Shown: positions 1-11,451, counted from the stretch's first letter. The stretch: 64,000 nt of DNA from Pseudomonadota bacterium (GCA_043797085.1 JAZDQA010000012.1:64001-128000); one strand, 5' to 3'. Numbers and translations are program-made. The notes: a model not told the origin generated them from the letters alone.

Positions 1-809
1 CCGTATTTCGTATCAATCACTTTTACTTTGCTCTGCGCTGTCGTTCGACTATCAACAAAAATAAGCCCATTTTCTCTCATAACCGATACCAACCGATCCA
101 TTGCATCTTCATCTGCAGTAAATTTTGAACCGGTATGATTGTTAATATAATGAACTTCCGGATAAAGTTTTTTAATTTTCTGAATTTGAGCGGTTATTGT
201 CTCTTTCGAATCGGTTACCCTCAATGTCACCTGCTCTTCATCGTTAAAATCAACTGCTTCAAGCGGTAAATGTACCATATACCCATTCACCCCTTGCGCT
301 AACGTTGCGGATTCATTATGACGAGAGCTTGGAGGTAAAAACGACATAACGAGTGGTAATCCAACGGAACGTATAGATTTAACATCATGAGCATACGATA
401 CGTCATCCATGATAATAACCAGTTTTGCATTGCCATTTGTCGCAGGTCGGTAAACCCTAAGCTCACTAGGAGGCGGTGTCGCTTTTTTATCTTTTGGAGC
501 ATATTCATGATTTGCGTGGATAGATTCGCGTGCAAGAAGCTCATTAAGTGCTTCTTTTAGATGCTCCGTCTCACGATTTTCTTCATCCGCTTTTGTTAAG
601 TCCTTCGTATCGACTTTAGCAATCTCTTTGATTTGTCCCATAAGCAACTGAGTCTGTTCTCGTTGTCGGTCTGTCTCCTCTTCTGCTTGATTAAAACCAA
701 TAAAATAGCCAATAAGTATGGAAGTAGAAATCATCAAAAGTAATAATAAGAAAATAGCAATATGTTTTAAAGAAAAAAGAGAACGAAAAGGAGAAGTGCG
801 CTTATGCAT
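1..809 (-). CDS. Divergent polysaccharide deacetylase family protein (YibQ/DUF610-like), runs off the window start
   Basis: Not in the ORF track. Hand translation from ATG 809 gives MHKRTSPF, an N-terminal TM helix, then KLVIIMDD, HLPLEA, NNHTGS and FVDSRT motifs with no stop before base 1. Confidence 0.85.
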   Translation of the reverse strand, partial: MHKRTSPFRSLFSLKHIAIFLLLLLMISTSILIGYFIGFNQAEEETDRQREQTQLLMGQIKEIAKVDTKDLTKADEENRETEHLKEALNELLARESIHANHEYAPKDKKATPPPSELRVYRPATNGNAKLVIIMDDVSYAHDVKSIRSVGLPLVMSFLPPSSRHNESATLAQGVNGYMVHLPLEAVDFNDEEQVTLRVTDSKETITAQIQKIKKLYPEVHYINNHTGSKFTADEDAMDRLVSVMRENGLIFVDSRTTAQSKVKVIDTKY

Positions 810-833
810 CAAAAGGACTTTTGAATGAAAGGT

Positions 834-849
834 ACACCCCAAAGGGTGT
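834..849. terminator. Short hairpin downstream of ilvC, possible terminator
   Basis: ACACCC-caaa-GGGTGT lies about 15 nt past the ilvC stop; the U-tract on the ilvC strand is weak. Confidence 0.35.
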
Positions 850-863
850 TTTGGAAAATACTA

Positions 864-1997
<1,134 letters not shown>

Positions 1998-2051
1998 TTA
2001 GCCCATACGACAAATTGCATGATACAATTCATTCAAAATTCAAGGCATTTT

Positions 2052-2687
2052 ATGAAAAAATTCAACCTATTTAAAGAAATCATCGTCGTACCTCGTGAAG
2101 ATTTTATGCATGCACTTAATTCGCATAAAAAATTTGCAATTACCTATAAAGGTGAGATAGTTTTTGAACCTTTTCCTTTAACTCTTATCTCCATTTATGA
2201 GGGCTCCATTCCTGTCGCCTCACTAATGAGTACAAATTTAGCCCGTCCTATAGGTGAAACACTAGGTAAAGAATACCGTGTCGTAGAAGATGAGGATCGA
2301 ATCCTTATTAAAGCATCAGGTGCTTGGCAAAATATCATCGGATTCAACCGTCTTCGCGCATTGTATGATGATACGTCTGGGGATGGAATTGCTGAATTTT
2401 CCGATAAAGATCTCGAAACAATCGGGTGGCATGCGACAGAATTCAATATTCAATACCGTGATATCGTCGATATTTTTGAAGAACAAAGCGAAGGGGTACT
2501 ACTGTGTATTGAGCAAGAAGAACCTTATCAGTTCAGCGGGCTTGGATTTTTGTTTGATATGAAAGCTGCACAAAAACTTGGATTTGAGTATTGTGCTAGT
2601 GTCATTAAAGATAAAATAGCCAATGATGAAGATTTTACCACGTTGAGTGACGATGAAGAGGAAGCTAAAGATTATTTTTTAAGCTGA
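2052..2687 (+). CDS. Hypothetical acidic cytoplasmic protein
   Basis: 211-aa ORF with an AAGG RBS before ATG 2052; no family recognised. Confidence 0.75.
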   Translation: MKKFNLFKEIIVVPREDFMHALNSHKKFAITYKGEIVFEPFPLTLISIYEGSIPVASLMSTNLARPIGETLGKEYRVVEDEDRILIKASGAWQNIIGFNRLRALYDDTSGDGIAEFSDKDLETIGWHATEFNIQYRDIVDIFEEQSEGVLLCIEQEEPYQFSGLGFLFDMKAAQKLGFEYCASVIKDKIANDEDFTTLSDDEEEAKDYFLS

Positions 2688-3073
2688 GTCATATACCGCT
2701 CTAAAATAATCTTCGCCGAAAGAGAGTCGATACGTCCGTCCCGTTTATAGCGGATTTCGCCTTTCATCATCGCTTCGGCTTCTTGCGAACTGTAGGATTC
2801 ATCTTGATAGACAATTTCGCCTGTAAATTCGACGAGATTCATAAAGTGCGCAACCCTACGGCGCATCTCGTCTTCTGTCGTGCTTCCCATGGGGATACCG
2901 ACCACGACTGTCTCAGCCTCGTATTCGTTCAACACTTTTTTAACGTCATTGGCAGCTTGGTTACGGTTTTTACGCTCAATTGCAAGAAGCGGTGTAACAA
3001 TCCCTGCTCCCGCATTTAATGCTAATCCAATGCGTTTTAATCCTAAGTCAATCGCAATTATTGCACCCATCAT
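2672..3073 (-). CDS. ruvX: YqgF/RuvX family pre-16S rRNA nuclease
   Basis: IAIDLGLKRIGLA, VVGIP, DESYSS and IDSLSAKIILE motifs; ATGA overlap with mnmE. Confidence 0.92.
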   Translation of the reverse strand: MMGAIIAIDLGLKRIGLALNAGAGIVTPLLAIERKNRNQAANDVKKVLNEYEAETVVVGIPMGSTTEDEMRRRVAHFMNLVEFTGEIVYQDESYSSQEAEAMMKGEIRYKRDGRIDSLSAKIILERYMTQLKK

Positions 3074-4413
3074 TTCCCCAGACAAAATTGACCGAACATT
3101 TTATCAAACATCTCATCGAGTTCATAAGGTCGAGTAATCGAAGAGAGTGAACGGATGGCTTGATTGATATGAAAAGAGAATAACTCTAATTCACCGCTTT
3201 GCAATGGCTCATAGGCTTCATCAATCGCATGAAGGGTATCTGAGGTTGCACTGATTTGACGCTGTGAAATGAGCATCATCTCCTCAGAGTCGTTATCATG
3301 GTCCATCACATTGCTCAATGCACCGATCAGAATATTTGTATCCTCTTTGCAACTAAGTTCTATGGGAGAGTATTTTTTCAAATTTTCATCGGGAAATACT
3401 TTGGGTAAATCAACTTTGTTGAGAATACAGATAAAAGGTTTGACTTGCGAATACTGCTCGATTAAGTCAATAATAGCATTGTCTTCATCATCCATCTCTC
3501 GGCTGGAATCAAACAACGCAATCACCATATCCGCATTGTCAATCGCTGCAATGGAGCGCTCAATACCGATGCGCTCAATCTCATCATGTGCATTGCGAAT
3601 TCCTGCTGTATCGACAAGACGAATCAGATGTGTACCGATACGCACCTGCTCTTCAATCGTGTCGCGCGTCGTCCCTGCAATCTCACTGACTATCGCACGT
3701 TCATAATCAAGGAGGGAATTTAAAAGAGAGCTTTTTCCAACATTAGGTTTTCCGATGATAGCAACTCGATACCCTTGCATCAAACCGCTGCGTCTGCGAC
3801 TGGATTCGAGGGTACGGGAGAGCTCATTTTTGATTTTTTCGAGTTTGCCCACAATCTGATCTACAACATCACCGGGTAAATCCTCTTCGGCATAATCGAT
3901 AACAACTTCAGAATACGCCAAAATCTCTAGCAAAGAATCACGGATACCCTCAACGTACTCACGTAATTCTCCCTTCATTTGACGGGCGAGGATACGGGCT
4001 GCGTCATCACTCTTTGCTTCAATGAGTGATGCGATTGCTTCAGCTTGAGTCAAATCCAAACGACCGTTCAAAAAGGCTCTTTTACTGAATTCTCCCGGCT
4101 GTGCCAAACGTGCCCCTGCATCCACACATGCACGTAAAACACTTTGAGCAACAATCATCCCGCCGTGGCATTGAAACTCGACAACCTCTTCCCCTGTAAA
4201 ACTTTTGGGGTTTTGAAAATAGATGACGATAGCTTCGTCGATAAGAAGTTCATTACTGTCATAAAGAGATGTCAAGGTAGCGTATCGGGGAATTAATTCT
4301 TTTTTTTGGGAGAGTTTAAGGGCGATAGAGAGAGCATCTTTTCCGCTAAGGCGAACAATACTAATGGAACCAATGCCATGCGCGGTGGCAATGGCAGCTA
4401 TGGTGTGGTACAT
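3070..4413 (-). CDS. mnmE: tRNA modification GTPase MnmE/TrmE
   Basis: TIAAIAT, GKPNVGKSSL, GTTRD, DTAG, NKVD and C-terminal FCLGK. Confidence 0.97.
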   Translation of the reverse strand: MYHTIAAIATAHGIGSISIVRLSGKDALSIALKLSQKKELIPRYATLTSLYDSNELLIDEAIVIYFQNPKSFTGEEVVEFQCHGGMIVAQSVLRACVDAGARLAQPGEFSKRAFLNGRLDLTQAEAIASLIEAKSDDAARILARQMKGELREYVEGIRDSLLEILAYSEVVIDYAEEDLPGDVVDQIVGKLEKIKNELSRTLESSRRRSGLMQGYRVAIIGKPNVGKSSLLNSLLDYERAIVSEIAGTTRDTIEEQVRIGTHLIRLVDTAGIRNAHDEIERIGIERSIAAIDNADMVIALFDSSREMDDEDNAIIDLIEQYSQVKPFICILNKVDLPKVFPDENLKKYSPIELSCKEDTNILIGALSNVMDHDNDSEEMMLISQRQISATSDTLHAIDEAYEPLQSGELELFSFHINQAIRSLSSITRPYELDEMFDKMFGQFCLGK

Positions 4414-5270
4414 TAATACTCGTGGTAACTGTTGATGATGATAAATTTACCACCATCACGGCTTGAACGAATCGCTACATAACGATCAGGGTAACGGCTT
4501 CGAAGCTGTGTGAGGGCGATTTGAACCAACACGCCATCTAAAACTTTGGTTTGAGCGCGTCCGTCACGCTCAATATTTTCACAGACACCTACCAAATAGC
4601 GCTCTATCGACTCTTCTTGGTTTTTCAAAAACTCTGCAATCTCAAGACGCAACTGCAATCCATAGGTTGCATTAATCCAGTTAAACAGCATATACGAAAG
4701 TGCTTTATAGCGATACCCCTCTTTGCCGATCATCAGTGCCGAATCTGCACCGCTTAGTTCAACCAAGAGAGTATGTTCATCATAAACACTGACTTCTATT
4801 TCGTTAAGATCAAAACATGTTGACTTAAACAGGTCGTTGATCTTCGCTTTTACGTCGAGCGCACAATCATCGATGGGCATTTCATCGTATGCAACATCCA
4901 TAGCGTAATCGTCGTAATGTTCTTCATCTTCTTCGTCATCGTGAACCATAAACAGTTCTTCGTTTCGCTCATCTAAACTGCTATCGTCTTCAATGGATTC
5001 TTCTTCACTGTGAACTTCATCCATCGATATATCATCAACGACTTCAACAGGAAAATCGACAGAAATATTGTTGACAACAGGAGGAACACTTATTGGTGTA
5101 GAGGCAAAAGGAAGGTGGGCAACAATAATAGCCGGCTTTTTGAAAAGACCCAACATCCCTTTACTAGGGAATTGGATAATTTCAACTTGTAATTGTGTAA
5201 CCGAACATCCGAATACACTCGCTGCTTGTGCGTAAGCAAGCTCTAGTGTATCAGCTTCAATCTTTTTCAT
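4413..5270 (-). CDS. jag: Jag/KhpB/EloR-family RNA-binding protein
   Basis: Jag_N-like N-terminus (GMLGLFKKPA), KH motif IGKEG, and position between yidC and mnmE. Confidence 0.85.
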   Translation of the reverse strand: MKKIEADTLELAYAQAASVFGCSVTQLQVEIIQFPSKGMLGLFKKPAIIVAHLPFASTPISVPPVVNNISVDFPVEVVDDISMDEVHSEEESIEDDSSLDERNEELFMVHDDEEDEEHYDDYAMDVAYDEMPIDDCALDVKAKINDLFKSTCFDLNEIEVSVYDEHTLLVELSGADSALMIGKEGYRYKALSYMLFNWINATYGLQLRLEIAEFLKNQEESIERYLVGVCENIERDGRAQTKVLDGVLVQIALTQLRSRYPDRYVAIRSSRDGGKFIIINSYHEY

Positions 5271-6885
5271 GGTGTTTCTCCGCAAGATGCGCCTCGTGAC
5301 GAGCTAAGCGAGCACCTTCAAACTGCTTATTTACTAAATATTGCTGTGCAATCGAGAATATGTTATTGATGAACCAGTACAACACAAGCCCTGCTGGGAA
5401 TGTGAAGAAAAAGAACGTGAAAATAATCGGTAAAAATTTAAAAATCTTTTCTTGTAATGGATCGGTAAAATTACTTGGGGTAATTTTTTGCTGATAGTAC
5501 ATCGTAGCACCCATCAAGATCGGTAAGATGTAATACGGATCCATACGGGACAAATCGGTTACCCAAAGGATCCACTCAGCCCCTTGAAGCTCTACTGCAT
5601 TAAGTAATACACGATAAATCGCGAAGAATACCGGGATTTGGAGCAATAATGGTAAACATCCGCCCAATGGATTAGCACCGTGTTTTTTGTACATTTCCAT
5701 CACCGCTGCATTCATACGCTGCGGATCACCCTTGTATTTCTCTTGAACTTCTTTGATACGAGGAGCAATCTCTTTGATCTTTTGCATCGAGACCATACCC
5801 TTTTGCGTCAATGGGTAGAGAACCATACGAATCAATGCGGTAAGGGCAATAATAGACCATCCCCAGTTACCAAAAATACTATGCAACCACATCAAGACTT
5901 TAAAGATTGGTGATGCTACAAACGTAAAAAAGCCAAATTCGATGGCATTAACAAGAACCGGATCGATAGTATTGAGTGCTTTGTACTCTTTTGGTCCAAT
6001 GTATCCTTTGAAGGCAAACGCTTGAGTACCTTCTAAATAACTCACAGGATTGTCATTCATATCACGCTCTACGATAACTTGCGTTGATTTATCAAAACCA
6101 TACAATATCGTTGCATAGTACTGATCAAATGCTGAGACAAGATGAACATCACTGAAAATTTCACGCCCTTCAACATCACCGTCTTCAAAGATAGTGGTAA
6201 GGTTGTCGCCTGCATAAACCATGCCGCCGATAACTGTCATCATTTGATCATTGATAGTAGGGTGCTGACCTAGATATAAGAAGTATTTTTTATCTTCTGA
6301 AAGGATAATCTTTGTTTCATAATGAGCATCCGCGAAGAAAGTCACTTTTTTTGTTACTGTCAAATTTGGCAAAATTTGCGTAAATGTAACTTCTGCTTTA
6401 CCATTTTCACCTAATACAATATCATCGACGTTGCTGCTGTAAGGAGTTTTTTGTGCAAGTGCATCAACTGTTTCATCAGCGAAACGCATTTGCAATGGTT
6501 TAGCACCCTCAACCGGAATCAATTCGGCCAATTTTCCATCTTTACTGTCATGTTTTGTATTTTTTAGAACAACCGAAGAGATACGCCCTAATGTGTCAAC
6601 TTTTAGAGTAAATTCTTTAGAATTAATCGTTGTCAAAGTATCACTGGTTACCGTTTTAACGGTTGAGAAATCACTTTTATTGCTATCAGTAGCATTTACA
6701 ACACCCTGCGTCGTACTGTCTTGTGTAACCGCTGCTGATGTTGCGGAAGTCGTTTGAACCGATTTATTAGTATCTGCACTGTTAGGCGCTTGGGGAGGAA
6801 AGAGTGTTGTATAGCCGATAAAGAACGCGAACGAAAGCGCGACGGCAAGCAACAAACGCTGATTTGGAGACAATTTTTCTAACAC
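5257..6885 (-). CDS. yidC: Membrane protein insertase YidC
   Basis: GNWGWSII, NPLGGCLP and PAGLVLYW motifs; conserved gene context. Confidence 0.97.
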   Translation of the reverse strand: MLEKLSPNQRLLLAVALSFAFFIGYTTLFPPQAPNSADTNKSVQTTSATSAAVTQDSTTQGVVNATDSNKSDFSTVKTVTSDTLTTINSKEFTLKVDTLGRISSVVLKNTKHDSKDGKLAELIPVEGAKPLQMRFADETVDALAQKTPYSSNVDDIVLGENGKAEVTFTQILPNLTVTKKVTFFADAHYETKIILSEDKKYFLYLGQHPTINDQMMTVIGGMVYAGDNLTTIFEDGDVEGREIFSDVHLVSAFDQYYATILYGFDKSTQVIVERDMNDNPVSYLEGTQAFAFKGYIGPKEYKALNTIDPVLVNAIEFGFFTFVASPIFKVLMWLHSIFGNWGWSIIALTALIRMVLYPLTQKGMVSMQKIKEIAPRIKEVQEKYKGDPQRMNAAVMEMYKKHGANPLGGCLPLLLQIPVFFAIYRVLLNAVELQGAEWILWVTDLSRMDPYYILPILMGATMYYQQKITPSNFTDPLQEKIFKFLPIIFTFFFFTFPAGLVLYWFINNIFSIAQQYLVNKQFEGARLARHEAHLAEKHHEKD

Positions 6886-7211
6886 TTGGACCCTTTGTAT
6901 CTAAAATTTTTAATCAGAAAATAATTCTGTTTATAAGGAACGTACCAATATTTTACCGTAATTAGTGAGAGATTGGATGGATTTATACTTGGTTTTGAAA
7001 TAATTGGATAATCAATCCCGCCACGGAAGAGTTGATTGCATCTACAAATGCGTAAAAATGTTGTACCAAAAGCTTTATGAAGGGAGTTTGTTTCGAACTG
7101 CCAAAGAGCATATTCTGAACAGGAAGGGTAGTGACGACACGAACCACGGGTCACCAAAGAAAAAGAGTGCCGATAAAGCCAAAGGAGCTTAAGAAAAAGT
7201 TTTCTTATCAT
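6879..7211 (-). CDS. yidD: Membrane protein insertion efficiency factor YidD
   Basis: CRHYPSCSEYA and RICRCNQLFRGGID; lies between rnpA and yidC. Confidence 0.92.
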   Translation of the reverse strand: MIRKLFLKLLWLYRHSFSLVTRGSCRHYPSCSEYALWQFETNSLHKAFGTTFLRICRCNQLFRGGIDYPIISKPSINPSNLSLITVKYWYVPYKQNYFLIKNFRYKGSKC

Positions 7212-7533
7212 TATCACTCACTAAAATGGCATTTACCCGCTTTAAAACGTATTTAAAATCTCGTTGCACGTCCGAAAACTCATTGCTGTGGAGTGGCAAT
7301 TTTGCTACCCACACATACAATCCATCACAAAGTTGATCTGAATATTCACGCATCAAAGCCCGAAGGCGTCTCTTACAATGGTTACGTATAACGGCATTAC
7401 CTACCTTTTTACTGGCAGTATATCCGACTTTTTTTTCTCCCTCAATGGGGAGATAAAATAACGCAATAGAAGTGCTATGAGCACTTTTCCCGCGCTTATA
7501 AACTCGCTGAAACTCCGAGTTGAGCTTCAACAT
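7189..7533 (-). CDS. rnpA: Ribonuclease P protein component
   Basis: EFQRVYKRGK and SKKVGNAVIRNHCKRRLR; start codon uncertain. Confidence 0.92.
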   Translation of the reverse strand: MLKLNSEFQRVYKRGKSAHSTSIALFYLPIEGEKKVGYTASKKVGNAVIRNHCKRRLRALMREYSDQLCDGLYVWVAKLPLHSNEFSDVQRDFKYVLKRVNAILVSDNDKKTFS

Positions 7534-7544
7534 CGATGGACTGC

Positions 7545-7679
7545 TTATACAGCCAATCGCTTTCTACCTTTTGAACGACGAGCGTTCAATACTCGACGGC
7601 CATTTTTAGTCGCCATACGTGCACGAAAACCATGTGTACGTTTACGTGGCGTATTATGCGGTTGGTATGTTCTTTTCAT
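7545..7679 (-). CDS. rpmH: 50S ribosomal protein L34
   Basis: Not in the ORF track. Hand translation gives [44 protein letters not shown]. Confidence 0.97.
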   Translation of the reverse strand: MKRTYQPHNTPRKRTHGFRARMATKNGRRVLNARRSKGRKRLAV

Positions 7680-7829
7680 AGACATTCCCTTTGTGTATTT
7701 TTAGCTCGCAATGTTAGCTAAATCTTACTTAAACTGCTATTAGCTTCATACAAGCTTATTACATCTTCACTCAAAAAGTGCCGATATTGTTAATATACTA
7801 CCTCATAATCACTCTATTAAAGGTCCACA

Positions 7830-8354
7830 ATGATCTCTTCAACATCACTAAATGCGTATCGTTCTCATGAACTTTCAATTGATATGAAAACCAGCAGTGG
7901 TGACACATTGTCACTTAATTTTGAAAATACCCAAGAACTTTCACTCTCATCACGTCAAGACGATCATTCAAAAGAAACAAATTTTTCGTTTTCATCGGTA
8001 CAAGCATTTTCTTTTCAGCTTGACAGCAACGGTATAAGTGAGCAAGACCAAAAAGAAATCGATGCTTTTATGAAAAAAGCTCAACCATACATTAATAAAT
8101 TTATGAAAGAACTAGAAGAGCAAGATTCAACTTCTCCGATCAATAAAGTAGCTTCAGATGTAACGAAACTGATTGGCGATTTGAAAAAGAGTGATGAAAA
8201 GGTTAAAGATTATGCGAAAAAAGGGCTAGTTGATGTTTTTGACAATGCCATTAAACCTCTCAAAACAACCGAAAAAATGCTCGATGAAGCCCAAAAACTT
8301 CTTCAAAAAATCATCGACGGGTTTGATATGATTTTAGAACCAATTTACGCTTAA
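7830..8354 (+). CDS. Hypothetical protein (KTSSGD-type Campylobacterota protein)
   Basis: 174-aa ORF with an AAAGG RBS; a sigma28-like GCCGATAT lies upstream. Confidence 0.7.
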   Translation: MISSTSLNAYRSHELSIDMKTSSGDTLSLNFENTQELSLSSRQDDHSKETNFSFSSVQAFSFQLDSNGISEQDQKEIDAFMKKAQPYINKFMKELEEQDSTSPINKVASDVTKLIGDLKKSDEKVKDYAKKGLVDVFDNAIKPLKTTEKMLDEAQKLLQKIIDGFDMILEPIYA

Positions 8355-8710
8355 GGCTTCAAAAAGTCTCGGAGGGTGGGCATAACTGACTGCCCTTTCG
8401 GAGAAACATCAAGTTCGACTTTGGTTTTGAGTTTCATGTGGCAATCACGGCATTCGCGGATAACTGCATGTTCTGCTACCCGTGATCCCTCGATTTTAGC
8501 TATCGGATGACACGCGAAACAGTCGCTTCCACAGTCCGCCATTTTAGCTGGATCAGCACTGTGGCATTTAATACACGTTTGCATCGGCTTATGTCGTAGA
8601 TCGGTATTAATCGTCTTCAATAGTGCGGGATGACAGGTCATACAATCGCCTGTACATCCGAACGCGTGTATTCCAAAAATAAAAATAATAAATAAAATAA
8701 TTTTTTGCAT
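8351..8710 (-). CDS. Small exported tetraheme cytochrome c
   Basis: Signal peptide and four CxxCH motifs (CMTCH, CIKCH, CFACH, CRDCH). Confidence 0.85.
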   Translation of the reverse strand: MQKIILFIIFIFGIHAFGCTGDCMTCHPALLKTINTDLRHKPMQTCIKCHSADPAKMADCGSDCFACHPIAKIEGSRVAEHAVIRECRDCHMKLKTKVELDVSPKGQSVMPTLRDFLKP

Positions 8711-8717
8711 AGTGCAA

Positions 8718-11294
8718 TTATGCCACATTCACCGTTATCTCACCATCTATTGCATCAAAAGCAACCGATGATCCCTCCGTTACTTCACCACCTAGAATCA
8801 AATCAGCCAAACGATCTTCGACAATCTCATACAATGCCCGCTTAAGAGGTCGTGCTCCGTAAACTGGATCAAATCCGGCTTCTGCAACATAATGCTTCGC
8901 TGCATCACTTAACGTTAAGGTAATATCACGCTCTACTACTTTTGCCGCAATGTCTGCAAAGAAAAGATCGACAATGCTCAAAATTTGCGCTTCTCCCAAT
9001 GGATTAAACACAACGACATCATCCAAACGGTTCAAAAATTCCGGTTTAAAGTGAAGTTTAAGGTCACCCAGCACCAACTCTTCCAAACCGCTCTCCCCAT
9101 GATGTGCCATAATCTTGTCACTGGCGATGTTAGAGGTCAAAATGATGATGGTATTAGTGAAATCAACGACCACTCCTTTATTGTCCGTCAAACGTCCATC
9201 ATCGAGCACCTGAAGCAACACATTGAAAACATCGGGATGCGCTTTTTCGACCTCATCAAACAAAATAACGCTGTACGGTTTACGACGTACCGCTTCGGTA
9301 AGCTGTCCTCCCTCATCAAACCCGACATATCCAGGAGGCGCACCGACGAGGCGTGACACGGCATGTTTTTCCATATACTCCGACATATCAATACGAATCA
9401 TCGACTCACTGCTGTCAAAAAGAAATTTTGCCAACGTTTTTGCTGTTTGTGTTTTCCCAACACCCGTAGGTCCTAAGAATAAAAATGACCCGATAGGACG
9501 ACTTTTATCTGAAAGACCTGCTTTATTTCGCTTGATAGCACGTGCTACTGCATGCGTTGCTTTTTCCTGCCCTACAACATCACGGTTAAGCTCATCTTCG
9601 ATGTGAAGAATTTTCTCTTTTTCCCCTTGTAACATCTTGTTTACAGGAATTTTCGTCCAACGGCTGACAATCCCAGCAATCGATGCTTCATCTACACTGT
9701 TTTTAAGGAGTGTCCCCTGAGCTTGCATCATTTTCCATTTTTCTTGCAGCTCTTTTTCGTCATTAAGCAATTTAGGAATCTGCCCATGAGTAATCTCAGC
9801 AACTTTACTAAAATCCCCACTTTGTTGTGCAGTTTCAGCTTCACGGCGTTTGAATTCGATTTCACGCTTGATTTTTGAAACGCGATCAAATTCTGCTTTT
9901 TCATGGCTAAATTGAGCTTCAAGACTTCGACGCTCTTCGCTCACGTCGGCAAGCTCTCGAACAATCTCTTCAAGCCGTTTAGTATTTGCCACACTCTCTT
10001 CCATTTTTAGTGCTTCATTTTCGACTTGCAACTGGGTCATACGGCGCTTGACAGATGCTAGAGCATTGGGCTCCGATTCGATTTGCATGCGTAATTCTGC
10101 TGCGGCTTCATCGATCAAATCAATTGCTTTATCCGGTAAAAATCGATCATTGATGTATCGATCCGATAATTTCGCTGCTGCAACCAATGCTGAATCGGTA
10201 ATTGTAATACTGTGATGCGCTTCCAAACGCTCTTTAAGTCCCCGTAAAATTTGCAACGTCTGATTGACACTGGGCTCTTCGACGTGAACGGGTTGAAAAC
10301 GGCGTTGAAGTGCCGCATCTTTTTCAAAATACTTACGATATTCTTTAAGTGTTGTTGCCCCTATCGTATGAAGTTCTCCTCGTGCAAGTGCAGGTTTGAG
10401 AATATTAGCAGCATCCATCGACCCCTCGGCTGCCCCTGCCCCTACAATGGTGTGAATTTCATCAATAAAAAGAATGACATTGGCACTCTTTTTCACCTCA
10501 TCAATAACGGCTTTTAGACGGTCTTCAAACTCACCACGATATTTTGCCCCTGCAATAAGTGCGCTCATATCCAACGCAACCACTCTTTTATTCTGTAAAC
10601 TAAGCGGCACTTCTTTGGAGATAATTCGCTGAGCAAGTCCTTCTACCAAAGCCGTCTTTCCTACTCCCGGTTCCCCTAAAAGTATAGGGTTATTTTTCGT
10701 TTTACGAATCAAGATTTGCATCATTCGACTAATCTCTTCATCGCGACCGATAACAGGAGAGAGTTTCCCCTCCACTGCCAGTTTGGTTAAATCTATCCCA
10801 TATTTAGCAAGAGATTCGAGATTTTCATCCGCACTTTGAGACTCTATTTTTTGTCCTGATCGCATGGCTTCAAGGGTTTTACGTAACTCAAAGACATCAA
10901 CATATTTTCCTAAAATATCTTTAAATGGAGGATGACTAAGATTCCCTACTAAAAAAGTGTCAATCGCGATAAACGCATCGCCATTGACGGCCATTTCAGC
11001 ATTAGCGCGCTCTAATGCGTGTGCAAAATTACGTGATAGACGGATACTTTCTTTCGTGACACTCGAAACACTGGCCAGTTTATTTGCCACACTTTTTACA
11101 TCCAATTCAATGGCTGTTTTATCTACATTCATTTTCATCAATGCTTGATTGAGCGGTGAATTGCTATTAGCAAGCAATGCCCATAAAAAATGAATTGGCT
11201 CTGCTTCACTGTTTCTATTGAGTAATGCTAAAGAGATGGATGCATCAATCATCTCGGTCATTTGGTGAGTTAGTTTTTCAAAAATATTTTGCAT
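8718..11294 (-). CDS. clpB: ATP-dependent chaperone ClpB
   Basis: Two AAA+ modules ([16 protein letters not shown]), KYRGEFE, a coiled-coil middle domain and GARPL; 858 aa. Confidence 0.96.
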   Translation of the reverse strand: MQNIFEKLTHQMTEMIDASISLALLNRNSEAEPIHFLWALLANSNSPLNQALMKMNVDKTAIELDVKSVANKLASVSSVTKESIRLSRNFAHALERANAEMAVNGDAFIAIDTFLVGNLSHPPFKDILGKYVDVFELRKTLEAMRSGQKIESQSADENLESLAKYGIDLTKLAVEGKLSPVIGRDEEISRMMQILIRKTKNNPILLGEPGVGKTALVEGLAQRIISKEVPLSLQNKRVVALDMSALIAGAKYRGEFEDRLKAVIDEVKKSANVILFIDEIHTIVGAGAAEGSMDAANILKPALARGELHTIGATTLKEYRKYFEKDAALQRRFQPVHVEEPSVNQTLQILRGLKERLEAHHSITITDSALVAAAKLSDRYINDRFLPDKAIDLIDEAAAELRMQIESEPNALASVKRRMTQLQVENEALKMEESVANTKRLEEIVRELADVSEERRSLEAQFSHEKAEFDRVSKIKREIEFKRREAETAQQSGDFSKVAEITHGQIPKLLNDEKELQEKWKMMQAQGTLLKNSVDEASIAGIVSRWTKIPVNKMLQGEKEKILHIEDELNRDVVGQEKATHAVARAIKRNKAGLSDKSRPIGSFLFLGPTGVGKTQTAKTLAKFLFDSSESMIRIDMSEYMEKHAVSRLVGAPPGYVGFDEGGQLTEAVRRKPYSVILFDEVEKAHPDVFNVLLQVLDDGRLTDNKGVVVDFTNTIIILTSNIASDKIMAHHGESGLEELVLGDLKLHFKPEFLNRLDDVVVFNPLGEAQILSIVDLFFADIAAKVVERDITLTLSDAAKHYVAEAGFDPVYGARPLKRALYEIVEDRLADLILGGEVTEGSSVAFDAIDGEITVNVA

Positions 11295-11420
11295 AATAAA
11301 TTCCTTTTATTTAAATAAACGCAAAGGGAACTAAGTCCCCCTTTGACTACGCTAACGCTAAGTTCTACCCGCAAGGGGCACAATGTCCTCATATGGAGAG
11401 CTCAGTCCTTAAACAAGATA

Positions 11421-11451
11421 ATTATAATACATTGAGTCACTTTCTGTCAAG
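11421..11451 (-). promoter_or_regulatory. clpB promoter overlapped by a HAIR-like (HspR) operator
   Basis: Minus strand reads TTGACA(11450-11445)-18 nt-TATAAT(11426-11421). Plus strand reads aTTGAGT-N7-tgTCAAG, against the HAIR consensus CTTGAGT-N7-ACTCAAG. Confidence 0.75.

Noticed and set aside
299..544. 81-aa ORF in the track
   Set aside because: It is an alternate frame inside the deacetylase gene at 1-809.
7477..7704. 75-aa plus-strand ORF
   Set aside because: It is the antisense shadow of rpmH and rnpA.
7545..7830. Possible oriC next to rpmH
   Set aside because: No dnaA or dnaN follows and I saw no DnaA-box cluster; the rpmH cluster is usually unlinked from oriC in this phylum.
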